Origin: an uncultured Nitrospiraceae bacterium
Lineage (GTDB): Bacteria; Nitrospirota; Nitrospiria; Nitrospirales; Nitrospiraceae
Direction of reading: 5' to 3'
Assembly (NCBI GenBank): GCA_963706325.1
Contig: CAVPLT010000004.1
Coordinates: 800,001 to 864,000, forward strand
Length of the DNA: 64,000 nt
Both the position numbers and the translations under genes were made by a program. This document shows, piece after piece, positions 31,042-40,158 of the stretch. Numbering within the stretch: position 1 is the first letter of the stretch; every line of letters starts with the position of its first letter. The notes under the pieces were generated by a model. The model did no database searches. It saw nothing but the letters and a program-made list of their open reading frames with translations, and had not been told where the DNA came from.

Positions 31042-31384
31042 GACGGCATTTTCAGCCTGCCGGAGTCGAGACGGGCTGTTGGACGACAATGGGGAAGTTT
31101 GACTCGACGACACTGACGTAAACCGTATCCGGCGGAATCGGAGCGTGGTCGGCCAGGTCGTTGATGAGACGATGTTTTGTGCGGCGGGCTGGAACAGGGC
31201 CGCGATAGGGCCCGGCTGGTTCGAGATCCGCAAAAATAGAGAGTGATAGAGGCCTCTGCGTCGATGTCGGATGCGTTCAGCAGGCACAACTTTCGTGAAT
31301 GGTCATTTGAGGGGACGGCCCATGACTTTGTGACGGAATATTTCCTTCGGCAAGTAGCCAGCCTGCCAGTCCGCTGGCCTCCAT
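31030..31384 (-). pseudogene. Sensory rhodopsin transducer (ASRT)-family pseudogene
   Basis: RBS GGAGGAG and ATG 31384. Fragments W.LAEG, CLLNASDIDAEASITLYF, EPAGPYR..VPARRTK, NDLAD..PIPPDT, VVESNFPIVVQ, RLDS..QAENA are spread over several frames. Confidence 0.75.
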
Positions 31385-31409
31385 CACTCCTCCTCTACAT
31401 ATCAACTTG

Positions 31410-33161
31410 TTAGATAATCTCCCGAATTTTATTCTCTACCACTGTCTTCATCAGCTCCCATCGGTTTTCTGTTCCCCGGGCGATGGATTTGGTAAATTGC
31501 CATGCCTGTTCGATCGTAATTTTTCCCGGCAGTGGTGGTTCGAAAGGATCAATGACTGCCTGGACTACGACGGGGCCCGGCATGGAGAAGGCCTGCTGAA
31601 GGACCTGTCTCACCTGTCGGGGATCTTCAACGGTCAATCCCGTGGCTCCGCACGATTGGGCAAAGAGGGCAAAATCGATCGGCTGCAGTTCCACGCCATA
31701 TTGTGGGTTGCCCTCGAATGCCAATTGCTCCCACTTGATCATACCGAGCAGATTGTTTTTTAACACGATGATCTTCACGGGAAGCGCGTACTTCACCAGA
31801 GTAGCCAATTCTCCCATTAACATGGTGAATCCTCCGTCCCCTGCAATACAGACGACCTGGCGGCCTGGATAGGCGATGCCGGCTGCGAGACTGTAGGGGA
31901 GGCCGTTACCCATCGACGCCAGTGTGCCGGAGACGGAAAATTCCATGTCGCCCTTCATGCGGATATGACGCGCGGCCCAGGTTGTGACCGTGCCGGTGTC
32001 ACAACACACAATGGCATCCTCCGCGAGAAACTCATTCAGCGCCCGCACGACGACTTGTGGTTTGAGAGGACGGTCCATGCGCGTGCCGCGCTCCTCCATC
32101 AACTCATTCCACTGCCTCACTTTGTCTTGTGTGAATTCCAGAAAGCGGCGATCTGATTTTTTGTCCAAAAGAGGCAGCAATGCGCGGAGCACATCCCAGC
32201 ACTGTCCCACCAGCCCGACTTCGATCGGATAGCGGAGGCCGATTCGGCTCGCGTCGAGATCAATTTGCACCGCTCGGGCCTGGCCCGGTTTTGGATAGAA
32301 CTCCAAATAGGGAAAGCTGCTGCCGGCGATGATGAGGGTATCGCAGCGTTCCAGCGCTTCCTGAGAGGGAGCCGTTCCGAGCAGGCCGATGCCGCCGGTG
32401 GTCAAGGGGTGATCGTCCGGGACGAGGCCTTTTCCAAGAAGCGGTTTGACAATCGGAGCGCCCAGCAGTTCCGCCAGCTGCAGGATTTCATGTTTCGCAC
32501 CCAGACAGCCTCGGCCGGCCAAGATCGCAATTTTTGACCCGGCATTGATGAGCGTCGCGGCCTTGTCGAGTAACGTGCGCGAAGGCAGAGGCAGGGGATC
32601 GCTATAGAGGTCGCCGCTATGCCGGGGAATATTTGCTTTTGAACGTTCATCGTCCACGGTCCAGTCCTGCACATCCTTGGGAATCGTGATGTGCGCCGGC
32701 GTGCGCCGGGAAATGGCCGTCTTGATCGCCATGTCGACCACGTTACCGACATGGGCCGGGCCCATGACCCGCTCGCTGTATGCGGCGACATCGCTGAACA
32801 GCTTATTCAAATCGACATCTTGTTGGTAATGCGTACCGCTTAGGTCGTGGTACGTGTGCCCCGTGATCGCCAACACCGGTTGTCCGTCGCATTTGGCATC
32901 GTATAAACCGTTGAGAAGGTGGATGCCTCCGGGTCCGGAGGTGGCCAGGCACACCCCGAGCCTCCGGGTAAACTTCGCATAGCCACAGGCCGCGAGGGCG
33001 GCGGATTCTTCATGCCGCACGAGGATCAGTTTGATGCGGTCTTGCCGCGTGCGAAGGGCCTCATAAATCCCATTGATCCCGTCTCCTGGCAGGCTGAACA
33101 CGGTATCTACACCCCAATCGATCAACCGCTCAATCAAAATATCGGCCACAGTCTTCGGCAT
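31410..33161 (-). CDS. Thiamine pyrophosphate-dependent pyruvate oxidase/dehydrogenase (PoxB-like)
   Basis: LPGDGING, VRHEESAA, TSGPGGIHLLNGLYDAK, GDGGFTM. Confidence 0.92.
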   Translation of the reverse strand: MPKTVADILIERLIDWGVDTVFSLPGDGINGIYEALRTRQDRIKLILVRHEESAALAACGYAKFTRRLGVCLATSGPGGIHLLNGLYDAKCDGQPVLAITGHTYHDLSGTHYQQDVDLNKLFSDVAAYSERVMGPAHVGNVVDMAIKTAISRRTPAHITIPKDVQDWTVDDERSKANIPRHSGDLYSDPLPLPSRTLLDKAATLINAGSKIAILAGRGCLGAKHEILQLAELLGAPIVKPLLGKGLVPDDHPLTTGGIGLLGTAPSQEALERCDTLIIAGSSFPYLEFYPKPGQARAVQIDLDASRIGLRYPIEVGLVGQCWDVLRALLPLLDKKSDRRFLEFTQDKVRQWNELMEERGTRMDRPLKPQVVVRALNEFLAEDAIVCCDTGTVTTWAARHIRMKGDMEFSVSGTLASMGNGLPYSLAAGIAYPGRQVVCIAGDGGFTMLMGELATLVKYALPVKIIVLKNNLLGMIKWEQLAFEGNPQYGVELQPIDFALFAQSCGATGLTVEDPRQVRQVLQQAFSMPGPVVVQAVIDPFEPPLPGKITIEQAWQFTKSIARGTENRWELMKTVVENKIREII

Positions 33162-33171
33162 AAGGCTCCCT

Positions 33172-34353
33172 TCAGTGAACTGGGGATGACGTCTCAGCGG
33201 CGTTGCTCACGAGCCGGGGGACGATCAATTCCTGAGCGAGAATTTTTAGACAGGCAGCGACAGGAATCGCGAGCAGAAGACCATAAAACCCGCCCAGTGC
33301 GCCGCCGATAAAGACGACGATGAGCACGGTCACCGCGTTCATATCCATGGATTGGCTCTGCACCCATGGTGTCAGCAGCCAGCTTTCAATGAACTGCACC
33401 ACCAGGTACGCCAGAGAAGGCCAGACGACGATCGTCAGCAGTTCAAAGCTCCCCGCGCCTGACAACATATCTAAATATTTGAGGACTATCGCCAAAGGCC
33501 ATCCTATGAGGGACGCATAGGGAATAATAGTGAGGATGCCCGTGATTAGACCCAACAAGAACCAATATCGTATCCCGGTCAGCGCCCATCCGAGCGAATA
33601 CAGGATGCCCGACCCCAGTGCGATGGTCAGTCGACCTCGAAAAAATCCGCTGACGGCCATATCCATTCGATGCGTGATTCGTCGCACTCGGGAACGATAA
33701 GCCAGGGGCACATACCGCTTCAGTTCGGTGAGCGCACTGTCGAACTGCCAGGCAAAGAAGAAGAAATAGATCGGGACGAGGGCGAGGGCCAGGAGGATCG
33801 CGCTCGTGGTGCCGATGACCGCCCCCATCACCCCGAACGCCTGTCCGGTGCTGGAAAAAATCGGGTTGAGAATGGAGAGGGGGTCTTCTTTGAGGCTCGT
33901 AGCAATAGTGGATAGAGGCTTGGAGAAATCGCCGAGACTGAGATTGTATTGCTGGGCGATACTCTGCAGATAGCCCGGCACGCGTTCCGCAAGCGACTGG
34001 ATCTGTTCGGCAAGCAGCGGGCCCAACCATGTCACGAAGCCTCCTAGGACGAGGGCGGCGAGCAGCAGCACGATGGAAATAGAAACGGGCCGGGGAATTT
34101 TCCACTGTTTCTCCGCTTGCCTGATCAAGGGATTGCACAAGTAGGCCAACAAGAGCGCAATCAGAATGGGCGTGAAGACGCCGCGCAAGTAATAACCAAA
34201 CCAGAGTAGAAAAGCGATTCCTCCCGTCCACAGCAAGTCTCGGATCGGTGTGATTTCCCACAGGTGGCGGTCGGCGCAAGGATTGGCAGGCGTGGCCGTA
34301 GTTCGCGCCGGGCTGTCGCCATGGGTCAGCACATCGGAGTAGTCGGGTATCAT
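33172..34353 (-). CDS. AI-2E (PerM) family transporter
   Basis: Multiple TM segments; LLAYLCNP, FFRGRL, IIPYAS, ESWLLTP, GLLLAIPVAA. Confidence 0.88.
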   Translation of the reverse strand: MIPDYSDVLTHGDSPARTTATPANPCADRHLWEITPIRDLLWTGGIAFLLWFGYYLRGVFTPILIALLLAYLCNPLIRQAEKQWKIPRPVSISIVLLLAALVLGGFVTWLGPLLAEQIQSLAERVPGYLQSIAQQYNLSLGDFSKPLSTIATSLKEDPLSILNPIFSSTGQAFGVMGAVIGTTSAILLALALVPIYFFFFAWQFDSALTELKRYVPLAYRSRVRRITHRMDMAVSGFFRGRLTIALGSGILYSLGWALTGIRYWFLLGLITGILTIIPYASLIGWPLAIVLKYLDMLSGAGSFELLTIVVWPSLAYLVVQFIESWLLTPWVQSQSMDMNAVTVLIVVFIGGALGGFYGLLLAIPVAACLKILAQELIVPRLVSNAAETSSPVH

Positions 34354-34386
34354 AGGGTTGTCCAGTTCTGGCCCTGTGTCCCAGTG

Positions 34387-35340
34387 CTATGCATCGGCGC
34401 TCCGGTTCTTGCTCCGCGCGGCGCGAAGGGCTGAGGCCGCCTGTTCGATCTGGGCATTGATTTCTCCACCAAGCAACATCACGACCCCGGTCAGATAAAG
34501 CCACAACATGAGCACGATCACACCTGCAAGAGAGCCATAGGCGGCGTTATAATTCCCAAAATTATCGACATAGGTTTTGAACCCGAGTGAGACGCATACC
34601 CATAGCGACGCGGCGCAGACTGAACCCGGCGTCACCCAGCGCCAGTCTTGCTCGACATTCGGGCAGATGAAATAAATAATCGCCAGGGCCAAGAGCATCA
34701 GCGACACCGCAAGCGGCCATTGCAACAGGTTCCAGGCGATGAGGAACAGCCATCCCAGACCGACGACATCGGAAATCCATTCACCGATGCGAGCGCCGTA
34801 GAGGATCAACGTCATGGAGATGATGATAAAACCGGCGAGCCCGATTGTCAGAAGCGTTGCGATGACCCGCACTTTCCAGTAGGGCCTGGTTTCTTCCGCG
34901 CCATACACGACATTCAGCGCTTCCATAATGGCCGTGACTCCGGTGGACGAAGCCCAGAGTGCCCCCAGGAGACCCAGCGAGAGGATGTCGCCTCCACTGC
35001 CACTGACCACGTTATCCAGGTATCGCTCAAGCAAAGACAAGGCGTCGGACGGCAAGACGGTGCGAAGATACGTCATGAGCTCCGGCATGACCTGCTTGAG
35101 CGGAAATAATCCCAGGAACGCCGTCAAGAACAACAATGCCGGAAACAGTGCCAGTAAAAAATAATAGGCCAACTGTGCTGCTCGGCCGAGGATCTCGTCC
35201 TTCTCACTCTCTTGCCAGAGACGCTGTCCGAAATCTTTCCAGCTGAGCCCGCCGAGCTTCCACGGGTTCAAACGCGGCGACTGACTGGTGAGGGAAGCGG
35301 ACACAGAACCCTCGGAAGCAAGGTCGGTGAAAATAGGCAT
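34387..35340 (-). CDS. YihY/BrkB family membrane protein
   Basis: AAQLAYYFLLALFP, LWASSTG, ALNVVY, YNAAYGSLAGVIVLMLWLY, GGEIN. Confidence 0.93.
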   Translation of the reverse strand: MPIFTDLASEGSVSASLTSQSPRLNPWKLGGLSWKDFGQRLWQESEKDEILGRAAQLAYYFLLALFPALLFLTAFLGLFPLKQVMPELMTYLRTVLPSDALSLLERYLDNVVSGSGGDILSLGLLGALWASSTGVTAIMEALNVVYGAEETRPYWKVRVIATLLTIGLAGFIIISMTLILYGARIGEWISDVVGLGWLFLIAWNLLQWPLAVSLMLLALAIIYFICPNVEQDWRWVTPGSVCAASLWVCVSLGFKTYVDNFGNYNAAYGSLAGVIVLMLWLYLTGVVMLLGGEINAQIEQAASALRAARSKNRSADA

Positions 35341-35498
35341 GTTAAAGCAGCGGCGCTAGCCTTTGAGCCGATGGCTCATCTAGAGGCCGCACCGGTGGCT
35401 GCTGTTTTGACATCCCTATGACCCATAGCCAGTGCGGACCCTACTGCCCCGTGTCGGTGTGATTCGACCCCTACGACGAAGAAAAGGGGTCAGCGCAG

Positions 35499-36203
35499 TT
35501 ATAGGGTCCTCGCAGATTGGTGCTCCTGTGAGCCCGTACGCTGCCGCCCAGCCGGGGATGGTGGCCGCCTGCTCGGTGAATCCTTCTGCTTCTCAAATTG
35601 GGAGGACAGATTGACTCCGAGAGAACGCGCGATTTCCGGCACGGCTTTGCGGACTAGCTCAGTCAGCAGGGAACGACCGGCTTGCAGCAAGACCGCCTTC
35701 GCCTCCTCAGCCTCTTGGCCAAATTCCCGCGACATACTGCTCCATAGGCTTGGGTGGTGTGCGCTCTGGAACTGCGGTCCGGATGGATAATAATCATAGA
35801 CACCTTGTGCCTGGTCGGTGGTGGCTTCGGTCTCACGAGCAGAATCCGGCATGACCCTCGATGCCCGAGCTCGCGCGGGATAATAGGGATAGACGCCACT
35901 ACGCTCGGATCGCGAGCGTGAGTCCATTAAGCCAATGGCAAAGCCCGCGCATATAGCGCCGCCCAGCATGAGCCATGGGTACTCTTCGACCTTATGAATC
36001 GGATCCAATGCGGACTTGGTTTTATCGACCATCTGGTTGACGGTTTCGGTGGTGTCCTCCAGCATGCGGGAAAATTTCATCGTGGCTCCCTCCGCCGTAT
36101 CGATAATACGTTGCTCCAACAGCTCAAGCTTCTCTGCGATTGCCACTCGCGTGTCGACGATTTCTTTTACGTCCTGATCGATAGTAGTTGTTCTTTGATC
36201 CAT
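35499..36203 (-). CDS. Hypothetical protein (DUF3618/DUF883-like)
   Basis: IVDTRVAIAEKLELLEQRI; YPWLMLGGAICAGFAIG; RBS AAGGAAG. Confidence 0.7.
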   Translation of the reverse strand: MDQRTTTIDQDVKEIVDTRVAIAEKLELLEQRIIDTAEGATMKFSRMLEDTTETVNQMVDKTKSALDPIHKVEEYPWLMLGGAICAGFAIGLMDSRSRSERSGVYPYYPARARASRVMPDSARETEATTDQAQGVYDYYPSGPQFQSAHHPSLWSSMSREFGQEAEEAKAVLLQAGRSLLTELVRKAVPEIARSLGVNLSSQFEKQKDSPSRRPPSPAGRQRTGSQEHQSARTL

Positions 36204-36574
36204 CGGATATCTTCCTTTATGGAATGAACGGTACGGAAAGGCCACAGCCGCAAGCTGGCCCCCACAGTGAACATGTTGTACAAAAAGAGACCGCTTAGCG
36301 CGGCAGTGACGACGGCCACTAGTCCATAACAAGCCCACAATGCTATGCCGGTCGTGGCGTGAACAAGGTGAACCAGCATCACGAGAAATAACCCTATAGC
36401 CACCAAGCTCAGCATGATACCGAGAGCAGCATGGAGCAACCCCCTGGCCGCCTTTCCTAGTTCGAACTGCATCTCGTGTTGAGCTAATCGAACCTCCTGC
36501 GAAACAAGTCGACGGAGATCCTCAACTAGCCCCGTTGCCAACGCTGCGATTGAAATGGGATGCGGATTATCCAT
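36167..36574 (-). CDS. Holin-like membrane protein (Phage_holin_3_6/YqjE type)
   Basis: LVEDLRRLVSQEVRLAQHEM, two TM segments, RTVHSIKEDIRW. Confidence 0.82.
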   Translation of the reverse strand: MDNPHPISIAALATGLVEDLRRLVSQEVRLAQHEMQFELGKAARGLLHAALGIMLSLVAIGLFLVMLVHLVHATTGIALWACYGLVAVVTAALSGLFLYNMFTVGASLRLWPFRTVHSIKEDIRWIKEQLLSIRT

Positions 36575-36602
36575 CGCTGTTCCTTTATGCCTGTATCGCT
36601 TC

Positions 36603-36944
36603 TCAATCTGGACGGAACCGCGATAGCAAGTATCCACAACCGACCCCCACTAATAGGGTTTGAAGCGGATAGCGCCGGATGAGAACCTCGAGGTCTTCGA
36701 TAATGCCGCTCATCCCTTCACCCTTTAAGTAGTCGGCGGTTTGCTTGACACCCCGGGACATCGCGTCCGCAGCTTCGCCCATCATTCCACTGTCCGGCAA
36801 ATGCCGCCGAAGGGTTTCCCCTGCGGACCCAAGCGCCTCTGTTGCCTGCTCAGACAGGCCAGCGGTCGAGGCCGCGGTATCCTTTGCGGCTCTTTTGAGG
36901 GTCGATCCAACGGATTCATCCATGCTGAGTTTCTCCCGCTCCAT
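36603..36944 (-). CDS. DUF883/ElaB-YqjD-like tail-anchored protein
   Basis: Helical N-terminus; IRRYPLQTLLVGVGCGYLLSR tail. Confidence 0.72.
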   Translation of the reverse strand: MEREKLSMDESVGSTLKRAAKDTAASTAGLSEQATEALGSAGETLRRHLPDSGMMGEAADAMSRGVKQTADYLKGEGMSGIIEDLEVLIRRYPLQTLLVGVGCGYLLSRFRPD

Positions 36945-37018
36945 ACGATACCCCCATTTGCAGCTTGGTTTAAGACACGAGTCCGGTCGTGAATCTATTC
37001 CTGGCTATGTATGATCAG

Positions 37019-37063
37019 AGGATAAGGCGATCGCCCATTTTCCTGAACTGGGCAAAGCCCTAG
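37019..37063 (-). promoter_or_regulatory. Box (37048-37063) and -10 TATCCT (37019-37024)
   Basis: CTAGGGCTTTGCCCAG on the minus strand; 23-nt spacer. Confidence 0.68.
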
Positions 37064-37152
37064 AGGTCTAGTCGCCCCGACGCATCGACTCTTGTGGCTA
37101 CCTGTACTATCGCGGCGACAGAAAACATGTCAGCGATAGGATTCGATTCCAG

Positions 37153-37581
37153 TTATTCCAAATCTTTTGATGGAAGCGTTGCCAAAAGCGGAAACATGTC
37201 ACGTTCCTCCGTCAAAAAATGTGCGCGAACCGTCTGCATCATGTCTTCAAAAAATTCGTCCAACGCTTGGTCGTCGTCGGTCTCTGCTTGCTGCAACTCG
37301 GTCATCATGGCCTTGATTTCGTCATGCTCCAGCAGCGCTTCCTGTACGAAGTGACGACCCGGTTCGCTTGCGTGTTGAATGACACTGTAGAGCATCTCTT
37401 CCTCTGCCTTGAAATGCGCGGCGAGCTGATCCAGGATTTGATCCACAATAGGTTTTCGCGAGTCGGCTTCCGCGCTTAAATACAACTGAAAGAGAACCAG
37501 AATATGTCGATGCTGCTCCCGGACGGTTTTCTGCACGTCGTCGGCTCCTATGGCCGTGCCATAGTCTTTTTCGTGGATCAT
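37153..37581 (-). CDS. Hemerythrin-domain (HHE) protein
   Basis: EQHRHI, AHFKAEEEMLY, EHDEIK, AHFLTEERDMF. Confidence 0.88.
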   Translation of the reverse strand: MIHEKDYGTAIGADDVQKTVREQHRHILVLFQLYLSAEADSRKPIVDQILDQLAAHFKAEEEMLYSVIQHASEPGRHFVQEALLEHDEIKAMMTELQQAETDDDQALDEFFEDMMQTVRAHFLTEERDMFPLLATLPSKDLE

Positions 37582-37628
37582 ACAAGGGCCTCCCTCGATG
37601 GCCGATGGTGACTCTATTCTCCAACCAG

Positions 37629-37672
37629 AATTTAGCAGTTTAAGACTGGGCGCTAACTGGGCAAGACCCTAA
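37629..37672 (-). promoter_or_regulatory. Degenerate box (37657-37672) and extended -10 TGcTAAATT
   Basis: TTAGGGTCTTGCCCAG on the minus strand; 22-nt spacer. Confidence 0.62.
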
Positions 37673-37771
37673 TCGTCCTATAGATCAAAGCGCGTTACAG
37701 GTGCAGCAGGTCAGCTAGATGGGTCACGCTTATCACGGGTGAGGAAACTATTCGTCAATCTCTTTCCGATC

Positions 37772-37800
37772 GGCAGGGGCTGCGGTAGGCAGCCCCTGCC
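37772..37800 (-). terminator. GC-rich hairpin after the DUF4403-like gene
   Basis: GGCAGGGGCTGC-ggtag-GCAGCCCCTGCC, 12-bp perfect stem 6 nt past the stop; no clear U-tract. Confidence 0.6.
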
Positions 37801-37806
37801 TGGGAC

Positions 37807-39285
37807 TTACCGGGCTTCCTGTCTTGACAGAGTGCGGCTCCCACTATCCTCAATCGCGATATGGCCTTGGGCACTCGCCGTTCCCTGAAGCAAGATCGTG
37901 GCGATCAAGGCCTGGGGCGTCGAGTGCGCTTGATCGGGCTGTTGGCCTGTGACGAGGATGTCCATCGTCATCGACCCTACCGTGTGCTTTCCCGTCAGCG
38001 CCTGTTTCATCTGGTCAATTTGCGGTGAAAAGTCAGTAGTCACAGCCTGGCGAAGTTTAGTTCTTAATTCTCTATCCACCATTTGCCAATAGCCCACGCG
38101 GACAGAGTCAAGCGCCGCCCGCGATTCGTTGGCCATCTGGAGGTCAGGAATGGATAACGTTTTTCCGTTATCATCGAGTCGTGGAGTCCCCCAGTAATAG
38201 ATAGTGCCCTTTAGGTCGCCGCTGGTCTCGACCGCCAATAAAATACGACCGTTCGCATCTGTCGCGTTGACTTGTTCAATGATGGCGCTCTCTGTTCCGG
38301 AGCCATCTAGCACAATCGTTTGGTGAAACAGTTTGCTTTGCGCCTGATGACTAAGATTGGCGTACGGCAAGGGAATTTTGGCCAGGATCACGAACGGCTT
38401 AGAATCTGGCGAGGGCGTTCCTGAATTCACGAGCGCAGTGGTCGGTGGCGCTTCTGCGCATGATTGATCGAAACTGACCACCGGCATCTCCCTTGCAAAT
38501 CCCGAGATGATTGTCTCCTGGGTCGTCCCCCGTTGCTGCCCTAGTATCACCTCGCGTGGATTCCCGTATAAACAGGCCCGAGTGTTGAGTGCGGAGATTG
38601 GGACAGACAAGGGACCTCCGAGGTCGTCCCACAGGCGCTGAAATGGGATACTGAAAGTTTCTGGCTGAACCGACTCCGCCAGGGCGCTCTTCGCATCCGA
38701 GATGGAGAACAGTTCAGGCAACTGATCTTTGACGGGAATGTTGAACATATTACACCGGGCGTCGCTCTCGGGCTTCAGGCCGACGGCGGTCTGTCCCGGT
38801 TCAAAACCGAACGCCACGGATTCGCGGTCTTGCAACAGCACCAGTTTCCCTGTCGCGTCTAAGGTCGAGTAGACCGGATCCAGTCGGCAGGTCCCAGCTC
38901 CGCCTCGGGTTTCGATAAACCCTTTATACTCAGCATGCACCGCGACCAGGCCATCCTGGATCCGAACTTGGGGTGGGCCATTGCGAACAAAGGTCCATCT
39001 GAAATCCTTCTCCAGCGCATGTCCCGTTTCCGTGAAGCGCTCGGGGATTGCGTCCCGGATAGCAGTTTGCAGCGGGGTGAGGTCCGTTTTGATTTGTAAC
39101 GGCACCTGAGAAAGGGGGGCCTTGGGTTGTTCCTTGTTCATGGCCGCGAAAGATGGAACGGCGCTGGTGATGGGTGGCGGAACCGGCTTGGTTGCAGCCT
39201 GGGGAATGGTGTGGCTGCAGGCGCCGACGACGAAAACCATGGGCACAAGAGCCATGGTGATGGATCTTGAACGGTGTTGCATCAT
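37807..39285 (-). CDS. DUF4403-like lipoprotein
   Basis: Lipobox VVGAC; LKGTIYYWGTPRLD..GKTLSIPDL. Confidence 0.72.
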   Translation of the reverse strand: MMQHRSRSITMALVPMVFVVGACSHTIPQAATKPVPPPITSAVPSFAAMNKEQPKAPLSQVPLQIKTDLTPLQTAIRDAIPERFTETGHALEKDFRWTFVRNGPPQVRIQDGLVAVHAEYKGFIETRGGAGTCRLDPVYSTLDATGKLVLLQDRESVAFGFEPGQTAVGLKPESDARCNMFNIPVKDQLPELFSISDAKSALAESVQPETFSIPFQRLWDDLGGPLSVPISALNTRACLYGNPREVILGQQRGTTQETIISGFAREMPVVSFDQSCAEAPPTTALVNSGTPSPDSKPFVILAKIPLPYANLSHQAQSKLFHQTIVLDGSGTESAIIEQVNATDANGRILLAVETSGDLKGTIYYWGTPRLDDNGKTLSIPDLQMANESRAALDSVRVGYWQMVDRELRTKLRQAVTTDFSPQIDQMKQALTGKHTVGSMTMDILVTGQQPDQAHSTPQALIATILLQGTASAQGHIAIEDSGSRTLSRQEAR

Positions 39286-39402
39286 GAGCCTCCTTGAGAT
39301 CCGACCTGAATGGATTCCGCTAGTGACGCCTTGGGGCGTCTGTCCAGACTCTGAGCAAAACCGAAATCACTCGCGATATTTATCAATGCATGCTCCAGAG
39401 CC

Positions 39403-39717
39403 TTATGGCTGCTGGATTTGCAGATTGTTGTTCACGGTTCTCACGCCCTTGACATCACGGGCCACTTCCGCGGCTCGGCTCTTCTGATCAGCAGACTTCA
39501 CCACACCGTTGAGTGTGACGACCCCGCGTTCGGTATCGACGTCGATGCGGGAGAAGTTCGACAAGCGATCGGAGGTTAATTTGGACTGCACTGAAGCCGT
39601 GATGGTCGCATCATCAATGTTTTGCCCCGCGGTCTTTCCGGTCGTAGACTGACAACCCACGATCGAGAGACATGAGACGGCAAGAGCAATGCAAGCGAAT
39701 CGATTGATCATAGTCAT
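39403..39717 (-). CDS. BON-domain lipoprotein (OsmY-like)
   Basis: IVGCQSTTG; DDATITASVQSKL; IDVDTERGVVTLNGVV; VRTVNNNL. Confidence 0.92.
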   Translation of the reverse strand: MTMINRFACIALAVSCLSIVGCQSTTGKTAGQNIDDATITASVQSKLTSDRLSNFSRIDVDTERGVVTLNGVVKSADQKSRAAEVARDVKGVRTVNNNLQIQQP

Positions 39718-39745
39718 TCTCCTGCGAGGGATGAAAGCATATCGG

Positions 39746-40072
39746 CTATCCGCGTCGGGAAACGGCTTCAGCGGCGCCCTTTTCAACTGTCTGCGTGGTT
39801 TCATCCACGAACTCCCGGGCGGCTCGTCCTGCATTGCGAATGGCCTGCTTTCCACCCTCGACATACTCTTGCCCTCGCTCAACAGCCGTATCCCAGGCGG
39901 CGCGTCCTTGCTCCGTGGCCTCGTCCAATTCGTCCTTTGCTCTCGATGCGTAGTCGCGGAGAGACGTGCGAAGCTCCGATCCCGATTGAGGCGCTACTAG
40001 CAATGCGATGCCGGCACCAATAAATGCGCCCGCCAAAAACGCTGACCAATTAGAAGAATCTTGGGTTTGCAT
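39746..40072 (-). CDS. YtxH-domain general stress protein
   Basis: FLAGAFIGAGIALLVAPQSGSELR. Confidence 0.92.
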   Translation of the reverse strand: MQTQDSSNWSAFLAGAFIGAGIALLVAPQSGSELRTSLRDYASRAKDELDEATEQGRAAWDTAVERGQEYVEGGKQAIRNAGRAAREFVDETTQTVEKGAAEAVSRRG

Positions 40073-40158
40073 GCTCGTCCTCCTTTATCCCTGTGGACAT
40101 GTGCGATGGGTGATTGTGCTGTGTTGGCCTACCGGCTCGACAGCCGTTGTGTACCCAC

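Noticed and set aside
36167..36574. Holin-like gene as evidence of a prophage
   Set aside because: No phage structural, lysis or integrase genes; this family is common in bacterial stress operons
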